Shown: piece by piece, positions 1-9,330 of the stretch
How the letters are laid out: each line of letters opens with the position of its first letter
How positions within the stretch are numbered: the stretch's first letter is position 1
Origin: an uncultured Acetatifactor sp.
GTDB taxonomy: Bacteria; Bacillota; Clostridia; Lachnospirales; Lachnospiraceae
Assembly: GCA_964383805.1 (NCBI GenBank)
Contig: CAYLIM010000006.1
Coordinates: 158 to 64,157, forward strand
Direction of reading: 5' to 3'
DNA: 64,000 nt
The notes under the pieces: generated by a model
Database searches by the model: none
Seen by the model: the letters and a program-made list of their open reading frames with translations, nothing else
Told to the model about the DNA's origin: nothing
Program-made: the position numbers and the translations under genes

Positions 1-351
1 CCGCTTGAAGATACCGCTTATTTTCGCAAGCATTATGTCAATATCGTATGGTTTCTCGATGTAATCGTCCGCGCCGAGGTCAAGTCCATTCAACTTGTCC
101 TCCTTGGCAGTTTTCGCGCTTACAATGAGTATGGGAACATTGCTTTCCTCCCGGATTTTTTTGCATACCCCAAAGCCGTCTATTCCGGGAAGCATGATAT
201 CCAGCACGATAAGCCTTGCGCCGTACCTTTCGTACAGCTGCAAGGCTTTTTCACCCGATTCTGCCACGGACACCGTGTAGTTCTCTCTGCGGAGAAAATC
301 GCTCAGCAGACCCGACAGCTCCTTGTTGTCCTCAATAATAAGAATATCCAT
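1..351 (-). CDS. OmpR/PhoB-family response regulator, N-terminal part (runs off the window)
   Basis: Manual translation gives MDILIIEDNKELSGLLSDFL...LIVLDIMLPGIDG...PILIVSAK...GADDYIEKPYD, a receiver domain. ATG overlaps the TAA of the upstream ATPase (alternative start 357). Confidence 0.9.
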   Translation of the reverse strand, partial: MDILIIEDNKELSGLLSDFLRRENYTVSVAESGEKALQLYERYGARLIVLDIMLPGIDGFGVCKKIREESNVPILIVSAKTAKEDKLNGLDLGADDYIEKPYDIDIMLAKISGIFKR

Positions 352-1118
352 TACCATCCAAGCTCCAGCAGCCAGTTGTTCAACGAACGCTCCCGCTCTC
401 TCATCTGCGAAGCGTTTTCGTACTTATCTAAATTATTCTCCCCTTTTATGTTTCCGTCAACTATGTACAGCACTCTCGTACATTTCGCGGCGACCTTAAC
501 ATCGTGGGTGACAAGCATGATCGTAGTGCCCTCGCTGTTAAGCTTTGCAAGTTCCTCCATTACCTCGTCGGAGGAGGTGCGGTTCAGCGCGCCGGTAGGC
601 TCGTCGGCGAATATCATCTTCGGTCTGTTTATCATACTGCGGCAAATACAGGCGCGCTGGAGCTGTCCTCCCGAGACCTCATTTATGTCGTTGTCGGAAA
701 TATCCGTTATACCCAGCTTACGCATAAGCTCCCGCCCGCGCTGCAGTGTTTCTCTGCGCGTTTCGCTGTTCTTTTTCGACTGCGCCGCGGGGAGTATGAT
801 ATTGTCCAGAACAGTAAGATTTTTCAGCATATACATCTGCTGGAAAATAAATCCCATTTCATCAAGGCGCAGGTCGGCAAGCTCCTTTTCGCCCATTGCG
901 GCAATATTTTTACCGCAGAACAAAACCTCCCCTGCAGTAATGCCGTCCATGCCTGAAACGGCGTAAAGCAGGGTGGATTTCCCTGAGCCGGAGGGACCCA
1001 TAACGGCAACCATTTCTCCCTCGCCCACAGTGAAATTCACGTTTTTCAGGACGTTGTTCTGACGCTTGTTTACGATATAGGTTTTGCAAAGATCCTTTAC
1101 TTCTAAAATATTTGTCAT
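351..1118 (-). CDS. ABC transporter ATP-binding protein (LolD/MacB type)
   Basis: Walker A GPSGSGKST, signature VSGGQLQR, Walker B IFADEPTGAL, VTHD. Confidence 0.95.
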   Translation of the reverse strand: MTNILEVKDLCKTYIVNKRQNNVLKNVNFTVGEGEMVAVMGPSGSGKSTLLYAVSGMDGITAGEVLFCGKNIAAMGEKELADLRLDEMGFIFQQMYMLKNLTVLDNIILPAAQSKKNSETRRETLQRGRELMRKLGITDISDNDINEVSGGQLQRACICRSMINRPKMIFADEPTGALNRTSSDEVMEELAKLNSEGTTIMLVTHDVKVAAKCTRVLYIVDGNIKGENNLDKYENASQMRERERSLNNWLLELGW

Positions 1119-1130
1119 AATAATTCTCCT

Positions 1131-3476
1131 TTATTCGTTGTTGGAAATATCAGCGGAGGATATTTTTCTAAGCCCCTGCGCCGAGATGAACGCCGCCAAT
1201 GCGGTCAGCGACAGAACCATAAGCGGGAATACCGCATAAACCTCTAATGGACGTATCTCATATTCAATGCTGTACGCGCCCAGCATTCTGAATACAGGCG
1301 TTATTATCAGCGTTGAAAGCGGCGAGGAAAGCAACGCGCCCGTAATTACCGACACAAAAAGCACTATACCGATACGCATAGTCTGCCACAGCGTAAGGGA
1401 GTTATTCTTAAAACCTATCGCTTTAAGCAGAGCGATCTCGCTTTTTTCCCTGGTGATAAAGCTTTTTACCATAAGCACCGCCACAAGCATATTTATACCG
1501 AGAACTATCCCCAGTATCAGCATTTTCATACTGTCAAGCTGTGCGGTAACATCGCCTATCATATAGTTGATATACTCGCCGGGGGTGAATATTTTTGCGT
1601 TGGGATACAGCTCTTCAAGCAGCGCTTTCCGCTCCGCGAGGGCCGTTTTGTCGGGATCGTCCCTGTAATTTATCTGTATGCCGAAACTACCCCCCGCATA
1701 GCGAAAATCAAGCTGTTCGTCCTGATAAAAGCGAACTCCCTCGCCCATATTGTTCATACTGTGGGTTATTCCTGTAACGGTGTAGGTTTTTGTGTCCTCT
1801 CCGACATTTATTTCCACATCGTCGCCTATTTTCGCACCTATCTGATCCGCGGTAATATACGTCAGAGCAACCTCGTGAACGTTCTGCGGAGCGGTGCCGT
1901 CAATGTAAACATAATCGTCTGTCTTAACTCCGCCCATGCCTATAAATGTAAGAGAATTTGTCAGCTTTTCGCCCCTTCTAATGTTGCTTCGGAACATTAT
2001 CTCCTGAAAAACGTCAGCCTCAATACCGTTTTTAGAAAACATATCCCGTATTTCGGAAAAATGCCGCTCCACATTTGCCTTGTTGTCCTCATCGGGATCA
2101 AACAGCAGCTCCATTGAAATAACATGGTCGCCTTTTGTCATATTGAACAGCGTTATCAGGTTGTCGGAACGCAGGGTGTTTATGGTGTTTACGGGAATGA
2201 TAACAAGCAGTGTGCCAAGGATAAAGATAATTATCATGGAAACATAGCTTTTTATTCCACTGAAAATGTCGTTGAACGCCATAAACAGCATTGTCGGCAT
2301 ATGCGAGCGGCCAAGACGTAAAATCCCTTTTTTCTTAAAGCGTTCACCTGTCTCACCGCTGCGTATAGCGTCTATGGGGGAGAATTTGCGTATTTTCCGT
2401 GTACAGAAATAGCTGAACACCACCACCGCAGCCCCGGCTATTACCGCAGCGGCTATATTCACAAAGAACTTATCTTCACCCGTGATTATTATTTTTTGTG
2501 ATACACCGCTTATCATCACCCTGCAAAAGGGGATACTCAATCCCAGACCTATCGCCGTACCTATAATGGAAATGGCAAGATATTTCACTATGTAAAGTCC
2601 ACGTATTGCGCTGTTTTTGATCCCTATCGCTTTCATAACACCGATCTCGCGGAACTCCTCGGTTATGGTGAAATTGATTATGAACCGCAGTATGACCATT
2701 GAGATGAGTATCAGGCATACGCTTACAACAAGCAGGATCGCAGCTATAAACATATCCATAAAGTACATCATTTTGATCATAGGATAGTCCACCAATAAAG
2801 ATAAATTTAAACCCAGTGAATTTAATTTATCCTTAAAATCCACGTCCTTCGTATATACCTCTACAGAATTGAAAACAACACCTTCGCTGCCAAACAGCTT
2901 CAGATCATTTTCGCTGACGAGGAATCTGAACATTTGTGTCATTGCTGTACCGAAAAGCGCATCCTTTGTATAACCCTTTATTGTGAATTCTTTTTCTATC
3001 CCGCCTTGATCTATATATATCTTTCCGCCCTCATGATAATCATTTTCAGCCGATTGAAAGAATATGGACGGAACGTATATCTCACCGTCGTTTACCTTTG
3101 TTATTTCCTCGTTGTTCTTGTCAAAAATTTTTGTCCCACCGAGTTCCGAAATTACCAGTATGTTGGAATATTCCATTTTTTTACCGTCCACAAGGACATT
3201 TTTAGGCTCTATCTGGATAAGCCGCGATATGTGGTAATCGTATCCGTTTTCCGCGGCAAGCTCCTCAAATATTTCAATGTCGGTTTCGCGCGTTGCCACA
3301 AGCCAATGATCTGGAACTCCCGCCTTTTCAAAAAAATCGTCCATCGCGCTGCTTACCGTGATGAGATTATTTGCGCTGCTTGCAATGAACGTTGCCGCCA
3401 GTATCACAAAAATAAGCAGAATGACGTTCATGGTTTTTTTTCGTTTAAGGTCTTTTTTCAGTATCTGCAAATACAT
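1131..3476 (-). CDS. FtsX-like ABC exporter permease (two FtsX repeats)
   Basis: Multiple TM segments and two REIGVMKAIG / SEIALLKAIG motifs. Start MYLQILKK follows AAAGGAG. Confidence 0.9.
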   Translation of the reverse strand: MYLQILKKDLKRKKTMNVILLIFVILAATFIASSANNLITVSSAMDDFFEKAGVPDHWLVATRETDIEIFEELAAENGYDYHISRLIQIEPKNVLVDGKKMEYSNILVISELGGTKIFDKNNEEITKVNDGEIYVPSIFFQSAENDYHEGGKIYIDQGGIEKEFTIKGYTKDALFGTAMTQMFRFLVSENDLKLFGSEGVVFNSVEVYTKDVDFKDKLNSLGLNLSLLVDYPMIKMMYFMDMFIAAILLVVSVCLILISMVILRFIINFTITEEFREIGVMKAIGIKNSAIRGLYIVKYLAISIIGTAIGLGLSIPFCRVMISGVSQKIIITGEDKFFVNIAAAVIAGAAVVVFSYFCTRKIRKFSPIDAIRSGETGERFKKKGILRLGRSHMPTMLFMAFNDIFSGIKSYVSMIIIFILGTLLVIIPVNTINTLRSDNLITLFNMTKGDHVISMELLFDPDEDNKANVERHFSEIRDMFSKNGIEADVFQEIMFRSNIRRGEKLTNSLTFIGMGGVKTDDYVYIDGTAPQNVHEVALTYITADQIGAKIGDDVEINVGEDTKTYTVTGITHSMNNMGEGVRFYQDEQLDFRYAGGSFGIQINYRDDPDKTALAERKALLEELYPNAKIFTPGEYINYMIGDVTAQLDSMKMLILGIVLGINMLVAVLMVKSFITREKSEIALLKAIGFKNNSLTLWQTMRIGIVLFVSVITGALLSSPLSTLIITPVFRMLGAYSIEYEIRPLEVYAVFPLMVLSLTALAAFISAQGLRKISSADISNNE

Positions 3477-3542
3477 TTCCACTGCTCCTTTCACTTTTGG
3501 TCCTTATTATAGCATGGAAATTATTAAATAATCCTTAAACCC

Positions 3543-3580
3543 AAAAATTAAAAGAGACCTGCTCCCATCGGACACAGGTC
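3543..3580 (-). terminator. probable intrinsic terminator of the por operon
   Basis: GACCTG...CAGGTC stem followed on the minus strand by TCTTTTAATTTTT, just after the porB stop. Confidence 0.55.
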
Positions 3581-3598
3581 ACTTATAATTTTACGATC

Positions 3599-4537
3599 TT
3601 ATTGTTCACAGCGCTGGCGCAATGCCTCCCACTGTCTGTCTACCTCAACCTGAAACTGCGCCAACAGTTCCTCCCTGCCCGGTTTGAACAGATGCTTGAA
3701 ACGTTTCTGCGAACGCAGGAAATCCTCGATGGGCAGTTTCTTCTTTGGCACGTAATTGAGCATCCATTTGCCGTCTATCACCTCGTACAGAGGCCAATAG
3801 CAGGTGTCCACCGCCAGTTTACATATGGTCATCAGGTCGGAAGGATCATAACCCCAGCCTCTGGGGCAGGGGGACATCACGTTCAGGAATGCCGCTCCCG
3901 GCGTATAGATGGCCCGCTCCGCCTTGGTATGGAGATCCTTAAAATTGCTGGTAAAAGTACTCTGAGCCGCATAGGGAATGTGGTGCTGTGCCATGATGGC
4001 AGTCAGGTCCTTGCGCACTTGCACCTTGCCGTCGCTGACCTTGCCTGCGGGAGTGGTAGTGGTGTCCGCATACTGGGGAGTGGCGGAGGAACGCTGAGTC
4101 CCCGTGTTCATGTAGGCGCCGTTGTCGTAACACACATACACCATATCGTGCCCGCGCTCCATGGCGCCGGACAGAGACTGAAAGCCGATGTCATAGGTGC
4201 CGCCGTCACCACCAAAGGTGATGAATTTAAAAGTTTCATCAATTTTGCCTTTCTTTTTCAACACCCGGTAGGCGGTCTCCACGCCCGACAGGGTAGCTCC
4301 CGCATTCTCAAAGGCGTTGTGGATATAGCTGTCCTCGTAGGCCGTAAAGGGATACATAAAGCTGGATACCTCCAGACAGCCTGTGGCATTGCCCACTACC
4401 GCCCTGTCCTCCGGGTGCAGGGCGCGCAGCACCGCACGCACCGTCACAGTGCCGCCACAGCCGGCACACATTCTATGTCCGGGAGCCAGACGCTCCTCCT
4501 TGCTCATGACTTCTTTAAAATTGTATGTATTTTCCAT
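3599..4537 (-). CDS. porB: 2-oxoacid:ferredoxin oxidoreductase beta subunit (TPP-binding)
   Basis: GHRMCAGCG, NATGCLEV, GGDGGTYDIG, YDNGAYMNTG, SPCPRGW. Confidence 0.92.
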   Translation of the reverse strand: MENTYNFKEVMSKEERLAPGHRMCAGCGGTVTVRAVLRALHPEDRAVVGNATGCLEVSSFMYPFTAYEDSYIHNAFENAGATLSGVETAYRVLKKKGKIDETFKFITFGGDGGTYDIGFQSLSGAMERGHDMVYVCYDNGAYMNTGTQRSSATPQYADTTTTPAGKVSDGKVQVRKDLTAIMAQHHIPYAAQSTFTSNFKDLHTKAERAIYTPGAAFLNVMSPCPRGWGYDPSDLMTICKLAVDTCYWPLYEVIDGKWMLNYVPKKKLPIEDFLRSQKRFKHLFKPGREELLAQFQVEVDRQWEALRQRCEQ

Positions 4538-4543
4538 TGTGCT

Positions 4544-4630
4544 CTCCTATTAAAAATCCCGTATATTCTCGAACAGCGTCCCGATGTTGAACAATGCGTT
4601 GTCCGGGAATGTGCTGTTTAAAATCCTGTA
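4544..4630. repeat. hairpin intergenic repeat family 1, short copy A
   Basis: Shares the ends CTCCTATTA...GCTGTTTAA and the segment TGCG(T/C)TGTCCGGG with the copy at 6128. Imperfect stem GTATATTCTCGAACAGCGT / GCGTTGTCCGGGAATGTGC. Confidence 0.6.
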
Positions 4631-4636
4631 TCCGCT

Positions 4637-5824
4637 TTATTTTGAACGAAGTCCGATATATTCGTACATATCCGGAATCTCATGGGTCTGGGCAATCTCC
4701 TCCAGCCGTCCGTATACTCGCTCAAAATCCTCCACAGTGATATCCCGGCCGCCCAGTCCGTAAAAATAGTTTACCACTTCCGCCTGGGATTTGGCGCCGT
4801 ACAGCGCCGCTCTCACCTCCGCGCCCAGCGGACCGCCGGTGGCGGAAAACATCTCGCTGCGATCCAGAATGGCAATAGCCTTGCGATCCTTCAGAGCCTG
4901 CGCCAGCTCCTCCTCCGGGAAGGGGCGGAATACGCGGATTTTGCACAGTCCCACCTTTTTACCGGTAGTCTGACGAATCTTGTCCACGGCCGCCTTGCAG
5001 GTGCCGGCAGCGGAACCGATCAACACGATCACATACTCCGCATCTTCCATGGCATACTCCTCAAAAAAGCCGTAGTGCCTGCCGGTCATCTCCTCAAATT
5101 TTGCCGCCAGCTCCAAAATCACCTCCCTGGCGTTCTTCATGGCCTCTCTCTGGCCTTTTTTGGTCTCCATATAATAGTTGGATACTGCATAGGGTCCCAC
5201 CGCTATAGGCTCTTTGCTGTTGAGCAGAAAATGCTCCGGGTGGTACTCCCCCACCAGCTCCTTGACTTTCTCGTCCTCCACCAGCAAAATGTTCTCCACG
5301 CCATGACTGGTGATAAAGCCGTCCTGGCAGATCATCACCGGCAGATGCACCCTGGGGTCCTCCGCAATTGGAAAGGCCTGCAGGAAATTGTCGTACACCT
5401 CCTGATTGGACTCCGCATATATCTGAATCCAGCCGCTGTCCCTGGCTCCCATGCTGTCGGAATGGTCTGCATTGATGTTGATGGGACCGGTGAGGGCACG
5501 GTTTACCAGCGCAAGCACAATGGGCAGTCTGTCGGAGGCAGCCACATACAGTTCCTCCCACATCAGTGCCATACCGCAGGAGGAGGTGGCCGTCAGTGCT
5601 CTTGCCCCCGCAGCACTGGCGCCCAGCGTGGCGCTCATGGCGCTGTGCTCGCTCTCCACATGAATAAATTCGGTGTCAATTTCTCCGTTGGCAATATAAT
5701 TTGCCACATACTGAGGAATCTCCGTGGAGGGCGTGATGGGGAACGCGGGCATTACGTCCGGGTTGATCTGCTTGATGGCATAGGCTACTGCCTCATTGCC
5801 GGATAAACGTTCTCTGATTGCCAT
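4637..5824 (-). CDS. porA: 2-oxoacid:ferredoxin oxidoreductase alpha subunit
   Basis: SGNEAVA, FPITPSTEI, ESEHSAMS, TATSSCG, DGFITSH, RVFRPFP, YGLGGRD. Confidence 0.92.
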   Translation of the reverse strand: MAIRERLSGNEAVAYAIKQINPDVMPAFPITPSTEIPQYVANYIANGEIDTEFIHVESEHSAMSATLGASAAGARALTATSSCGMALMWEELYVAASDRLPIVLALVNRALTGPININADHSDSMGARDSGWIQIYAESNQEVYDNFLQAFPIAEDPRVHLPVMICQDGFITSHGVENILLVEDEKVKELVGEYHPEHFLLNSKEPIAVGPYAVSNYYMETKKGQREAMKNAREVILELAAKFEEMTGRHYGFFEEYAMEDAEYVIVLIGSAAGTCKAAVDKIRQTTGKKVGLCKIRVFRPFPEEELAQALKDRKAIAILDRSEMFSATGGPLGAEVRAALYGAKSQAEVVNYFYGLGGRDITVEDFERVYGRLEEIAQTHEIPDMYEYIGLRSK

Positions 5825-6121
5825 TTATTTGCCCTCCTTCATTGTAATAGCGCCGAAGGGACATACCTTGGCGCAGATGCCGCAGCCCTTGCAGTGGTCA
5901 TAGTCAAAATCCTCTCTCTTGCCATCCTTCACCGGGATGGAGGAATCCGGACATACCGGGAAACACAGCAGACACTGCTTACATTTTTCCTCGTCAAACA
6001 CCGGTGTGGAGGTGCGCCATTCCCCCGTGCAGAAATGCCGGGATGTGGCCGGTTCAAATATTTTGTCGCCCTCTGTGATATCCTGCCAGGGGCTTTTCTC
6101 GTTGATCTCTATACTTTTCAT
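5825..6121 (-). CDS. porD: 2-oxoacid:ferredoxin oxidoreductase delta subunit (2x[4Fe-4S])
   Basis: TGEWR, CKQCLLCFPVCP and CKGCGICAKVCP. Start MKSIEI follows AGGAGG. Confidence 0.92.
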   Translation of the reverse strand: MKSIEINEKSPWQDITEGDKIFEPATSRHFCTGEWRTSTPVFDEEKCKQCLLCFPVCPDSSIPVKDGKREDFDYDHCKGCGICAKVCPFGAITMKEGK

Positions 6122-6127
6122 ATGTGT

Positions 6128-6248
6128 CCTCCTATTAGAGTCCCGCATCTGCCCTACCAGCACACATGGCAGGTGATGAATATCCGGCCGCTTGAGCGTC
6201 CGTACATTCATCAGTGCGCTGTCCGGGCAGATGCTGTTTAAGAGTTCC
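6128..6248. repeat. hairpin intergenic repeat family 1, copy B
   Basis: CCTCCTATTAGAGTCCC-GCATCTGCCC...GGGCAGATGC-TGTTTAAGAGTTCC. Aligns with 30129-30257. Confidence 0.8.
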
Positions 6249-6258
6249 TCAGATATTT

Positions 6259-6831
6259 CTACTTCAGCGCCTCAAAGGTCAGCTCCAGCGCCTTCATATT
6301 GCCGTCTATAACCTCGGGTTTTTTTGCAAATTTATGCTGGTAAGACGCTCTCATCTCCCGCAGGAACACCTCCTGCTCCATCACGCCGGACACCGCCACT
6401 ACTGCGGCCAGCATGGGGGAGTTAGGGAAATACTTGCCCAGCGCCTTCACGGAAATCTCCCTGGCGTCGATCACATAGACCCTGCCCTGATAGCCCCTCA
6501 GATGAGGAAGAATTTCTTCTTTAGTCTTCTGGCTATTGACGATAACAGCTCCCTCCGGACTCAAACCATGAGTCACATCAATGGTCTCCAGCAGGCTGTC
6601 ATCCACCACGGCCACCAGATCCGGCTCATAGATATTGGAGTGGACTGTGATGGGCTGGTCACTGAGTCGGTTGTACGCGGTGATGGGCGCCCCCATCCGC
6701 TCGGGACCGTACTCCGGAAAACCCTGCACATACTTTCCTGTCTTAAATGCCACATCTGCCAACAGCAGCGCAGCCGTCTTGGCACCCTGGCCGCCCCGGC
6801 CATGCCATCTGATCTCAATCGTGTCTCTCAT
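6259..6831 (-). CDS. porC: 2-oxoacid:ferredoxin oxidoreductase gamma subunit
   Basis: EIRWHGRGGQGAKTA, FPEYGPERMGAP. Start MRDTIE follows AGAGGT. Confidence 0.92.
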   Translation of the reverse strand: MRDTIEIRWHGRGGQGAKTAALLLADVAFKTGKYVQGFPEYGPERMGAPITAYNRLSDQPITVHSNIYEPDLVAVVDDSLLETIDVTHGLSPEGAVIVNSQKTKEEILPHLRGYQGRVYVIDAREISVKALGKYFPNSPMLAAVVAVSGVMEQEVFLREMRASYQHKFAKKPEVIDGNMKALELTFEALK

Positions 6832-6900
6832 GCTTACCTCTTTCCGCATTATTGTGCTACAATCTGTGGTCAAAAATCTCTGATTTTTAGCCTTGCCTAT

Positions 6901-7170
6901 AAAAAAACCGGACATCCTCTCCGCATAATGCTGATGCCCGGCTGGTTTCTATTCAAACAGAAAACTATAATCCATCCCATCCATTTACGACATACCAACA
7001 TATGCGTCCTCTGTCACGGGAGAAACCCGTCAGCATCTACTCATGCCAGCGGCACTTTGGTGCTGCAACTCGGGAGGGATGTTCCACATATCCTACTCGC
7101 ACCGTCTCTCAGCTGCCACGGCTCTCTGTGATCTTTGGGATATATGTACTGTCTCCGTCATCGTCTTTCT
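6901..7170 (-). promoter_or_regulatory. T-box riboswitch leader, specifier AUC (Ile), with terminator; T-box bulge atypical
   Basis: Minus strand reads GATGACGGAG-ACAGTA-CATATATCC...CAGAGAG...GCTGAGA...GGATATGTG-GAA-C-ATC-C-CTCC-CGAG (stem I). It is followed by an AGTA-containing stem II, a CCCGTGAC stem IIA/B-like element and the terminator CCGGGCATC...GATGTCCGG-T7 (6901-6942). Confidence 0.8.
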
Positions 7171-7181
7171 CAGTTGAATTC

Positions 7182-7210
7182 ATTATAGTGGTGCGGTAAA
7201 GCGTTGTCAA
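7182..7210 (-). promoter_or_regulatory. sigma70/sigmaA promoter of the T-box/por operon
   Basis: Perfect TTGACA-N17-TATAAT on the minus strand, immediately 5' of the T-box stem I. Confidence 0.85.
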
Positions 7211-7350
7211 GAGGTTTTTCTCGAACTATCCTATCTTACAGGAGGAATAATCTTGTAAACATTTCAAGTAAAACTTGTGATATGTATGGGAATTATTGTA
7301 TAATGTATCAGGAACTTCCAAATAGACAGCTTAGGGAGGCGTAAAGAATC

Positions 7351-8109
7351 ATGAACACAACCAAAATCATAGCCCTCTCCGGCAAGGGCGGCGTGGGTAA
7401 GACCTCCCTGGCGGCGGTGACAGTCAAGGCTCTGGCTGAAAAATATCCGGACAGGAAAATACTGGCCATTGACGCGGACCCGGCAGTGGGTCTGGCCACG
7501 GCCCTGGGTGTTTCCGTAAAACTCACCATAGACGATATCCGCAGACAGGTGGTGGCTTCCGTGGAGGACGGGGACACCAAATCCGCCGTAGAACTGTTGG
7601 GCGAGGCAAAATACCATATTTTTGACGCCATGGTGGAAACGGACGCTTTCAGCTTTATCGCTGTGGGGCGCCCCGAGAGTGCGGGATGCTACTGCAAGAT
7701 CAATTCCTACTTAAAGGAAGTTATCGCCCTGGTGGCAGACAATTTTGACTATATTGTGATCGACGGGGAGGCGGGCATCGAGCAGATCAACCGCCGGGTC
7801 ATGGAGAAAGTGACTCACTTGATTCTGGTGACAGACGCCAGCAAAAAGGGAACTCAGGTGATACAGACTATCAAATCCGTAGCTGATACGCTCGTCATGT
7901 ATGAAAAACTGGGTGTGATCGTAAATCGTCTGCCGGACGAGTCGGTAAAACAGTATCTGGAGCTCGGCGAACTGCCGGTGTTAGCCTACATCGGCCAGGA
8001 CAGTGAGCTGTCCACCTTTGATATCACCGGTCAGAATGTCTTTTTCATGCCCCAGGATTCGGTGATGATGCAGGGCGTCTGCCAGGCGTTGAAAAATCTG
8101 GAAATTTAA
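7351..8109 (+). CDS. CooC/AcsF-type MinD-like ATPase (nickel-insertion family)
   Basis: SGKGGVGKTS, IDADP, metal-binding GCYC, IDGEAGIEQINR. Confidence 0.85.
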   Translation: MNTTKIIALSGKGGVGKTSLAAVTVKALAEKYPDRKILAIDADPAVGLATALGVSVKLTIDDIRRQVVASVEDGDTKSAVELLGEAKYHIFDAMVETDAFSFIAVGRPESAGCYCKINSYLKEVIALVADNFDYIVIDGEAGIEQINRRVMEKVTHLILVTDASKKGTQVIQTIKSVADTLVMYEKLGVIVNRLPDESVKQYLELGELPVLAYIGQDSELSTFDITGQNVFFMPQDSVMMQGVCQALKNLEI

Positions 8110-8131
8110 ATTACAAATAAGGAAAACACAC

Positions 8132-9316
8132 ATGAAAGACTTAAAACATATTTACGAGCTGGAGTCCTTACTACAGGAGGCACATAACGATTTGATACGG
8201 CAGGCCAAAGATCGGGGAGAGATTGCCATAGGCAGCGTATGCTCCCTGATTCCGGAACCGCTTTTAAATCTGCCCGGTTGTTTTTCCGTAAGACTCCGCG
8301 CCCCCAGAACAGGCTCCATTGAGATGGGAACCTACTATATGACCAGTATCATGTGCGAGGCCTGCCGGGCGATTCTGGAGCGGGCCATTGAGGGCGGTTA
8401 TCAATTTCTGGACTGCATGTTGACGCCGGATGCCTGCGCCCAGATGAACCGCTGCGTGGAAAATATAGAACATCTGCAGCTCTGCAACAAGGACAATTTT
8501 TTTGTGACCTATGCGGATGTACCCATGAAATCTGACGAGACTGCCCTGCAGCACTATGTGCGGCAGATGCGCCAGTATGTGCTGGAACCGTTGGAAAAAC
8601 ACTTTGGCATTGACGCCTCTGATGAAATGCTGCTAAAGGCAGTTGCACTGCACAATCAGGTGAGCAGCCTGATCATGGACATTGGAGATTTCCGTATGGA
8701 AGAGAATCCCAGGATCACAGGCTATGAGTTTGCCGTGCTATGCCTGGCTACCTATTGTTGTCCAAAGGCATCACTGATTTCCATTCTGGAGGAGACCCTT
8801 GCGGAGCTGCGGGAACGTCAGTCGGATCAGCGATCCCCCTACCGCGCCAGAGTGGTGTTGGCAGGCTCGGAGATTGACGATCCTGAGCTGATTCGGATGA
8901 TTGAGGAGACGGGAGCCTTGGTGGTTGCTGACCGTTTCTGTCTGGGCGCTTTCCCCGGGCGGGAGCAAATCCAGCTTAAAGAAAACGAGGATGTACTCAC
9001 CGGCATATGCCGCCACTATATGGAGGGAGGCCAATGCCCCCGCTTTATGAACACGGATAAAATCAGGGAGCGCCATACCTATATGGACCAGCTGGCACAG
9101 CGCTTTCATGCGGACGGCATTATCTACCAGCAGATCAAATTCTGTGACTACTGGGGTTACGAGCGCGCCTATGCCAGCCGGGTAATGCGAGAGGAATACA
9201 GTTATCCCGTTCTGAGTATTGACCGCCCCTACGCCGTGGGCAATGCCGGGCAGCTGCGCACTCGTGTACAGGCTTTCGTGGAGAGCATGGAAATAAAGAA
9301 AATCAAGGCCCAATAG
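8132..9316 (+). CDS. 2-hydroxyacyl-CoA dehydratase / benzoyl-CoA reductase family subunit (HgdB/FldC-like)
   Basis: IPEPLL, CEAC, DAC, VVADRFC, CPR, KFCDYW, GQLRTRVQAFVE C-terminal motif. Confidence 0.85.
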   Translation: MKDLKHIYELESLLQEAHNDLIRQAKDRGEIAIGSVCSLIPEPLLNLPGCFSVRLRAPRTGSIEMGTYYMTSIMCEACRAILERAIEGGYQFLDCMLTPDACAQMNRCVENIEHLQLCNKDNFFVTYADVPMKSDETALQHYVRQMRQYVLEPLEKHFGIDASDEMLLKAVALHNQVSSLIMDIGDFRMEENPRITGYEFAVLCLATYCCPKASLISILEETLAELRERQSDQRSPYRARVVLAGSEIDDPELIRMIEETGALVVADRFCLGAFPGREQIQLKENEDVLTGICRHYMEGGQCPRFMNTDKIRERHTYMDQLAQRFHADGIIYQQIKFCDYWGYERAYASRVMREEYSYPVLSIDRPYAVGNAGQLRTRVQAFVESMEIKKIKAQ

Positions 9317-9330
9317 GGCGGTAAGAATTA

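Noticed and set aside
3505-3552. TTTAA direct repeats upstream of TGCTATAAT before the FtsX permease (possible response-regulator site)
   Set aside because: Short AT-rich repeats with uneven spacing; plausible but not distinguishable from chance.
3602-5806. Long plus-strand ORFs (339 and 374 aa), and similar ones at 9616-10860, 17325-18986, 24716-26014, 29961-31409 and 42763-44046
   Set aside because: Antisense shadows of well-supported genes, with no motifs or RBS.
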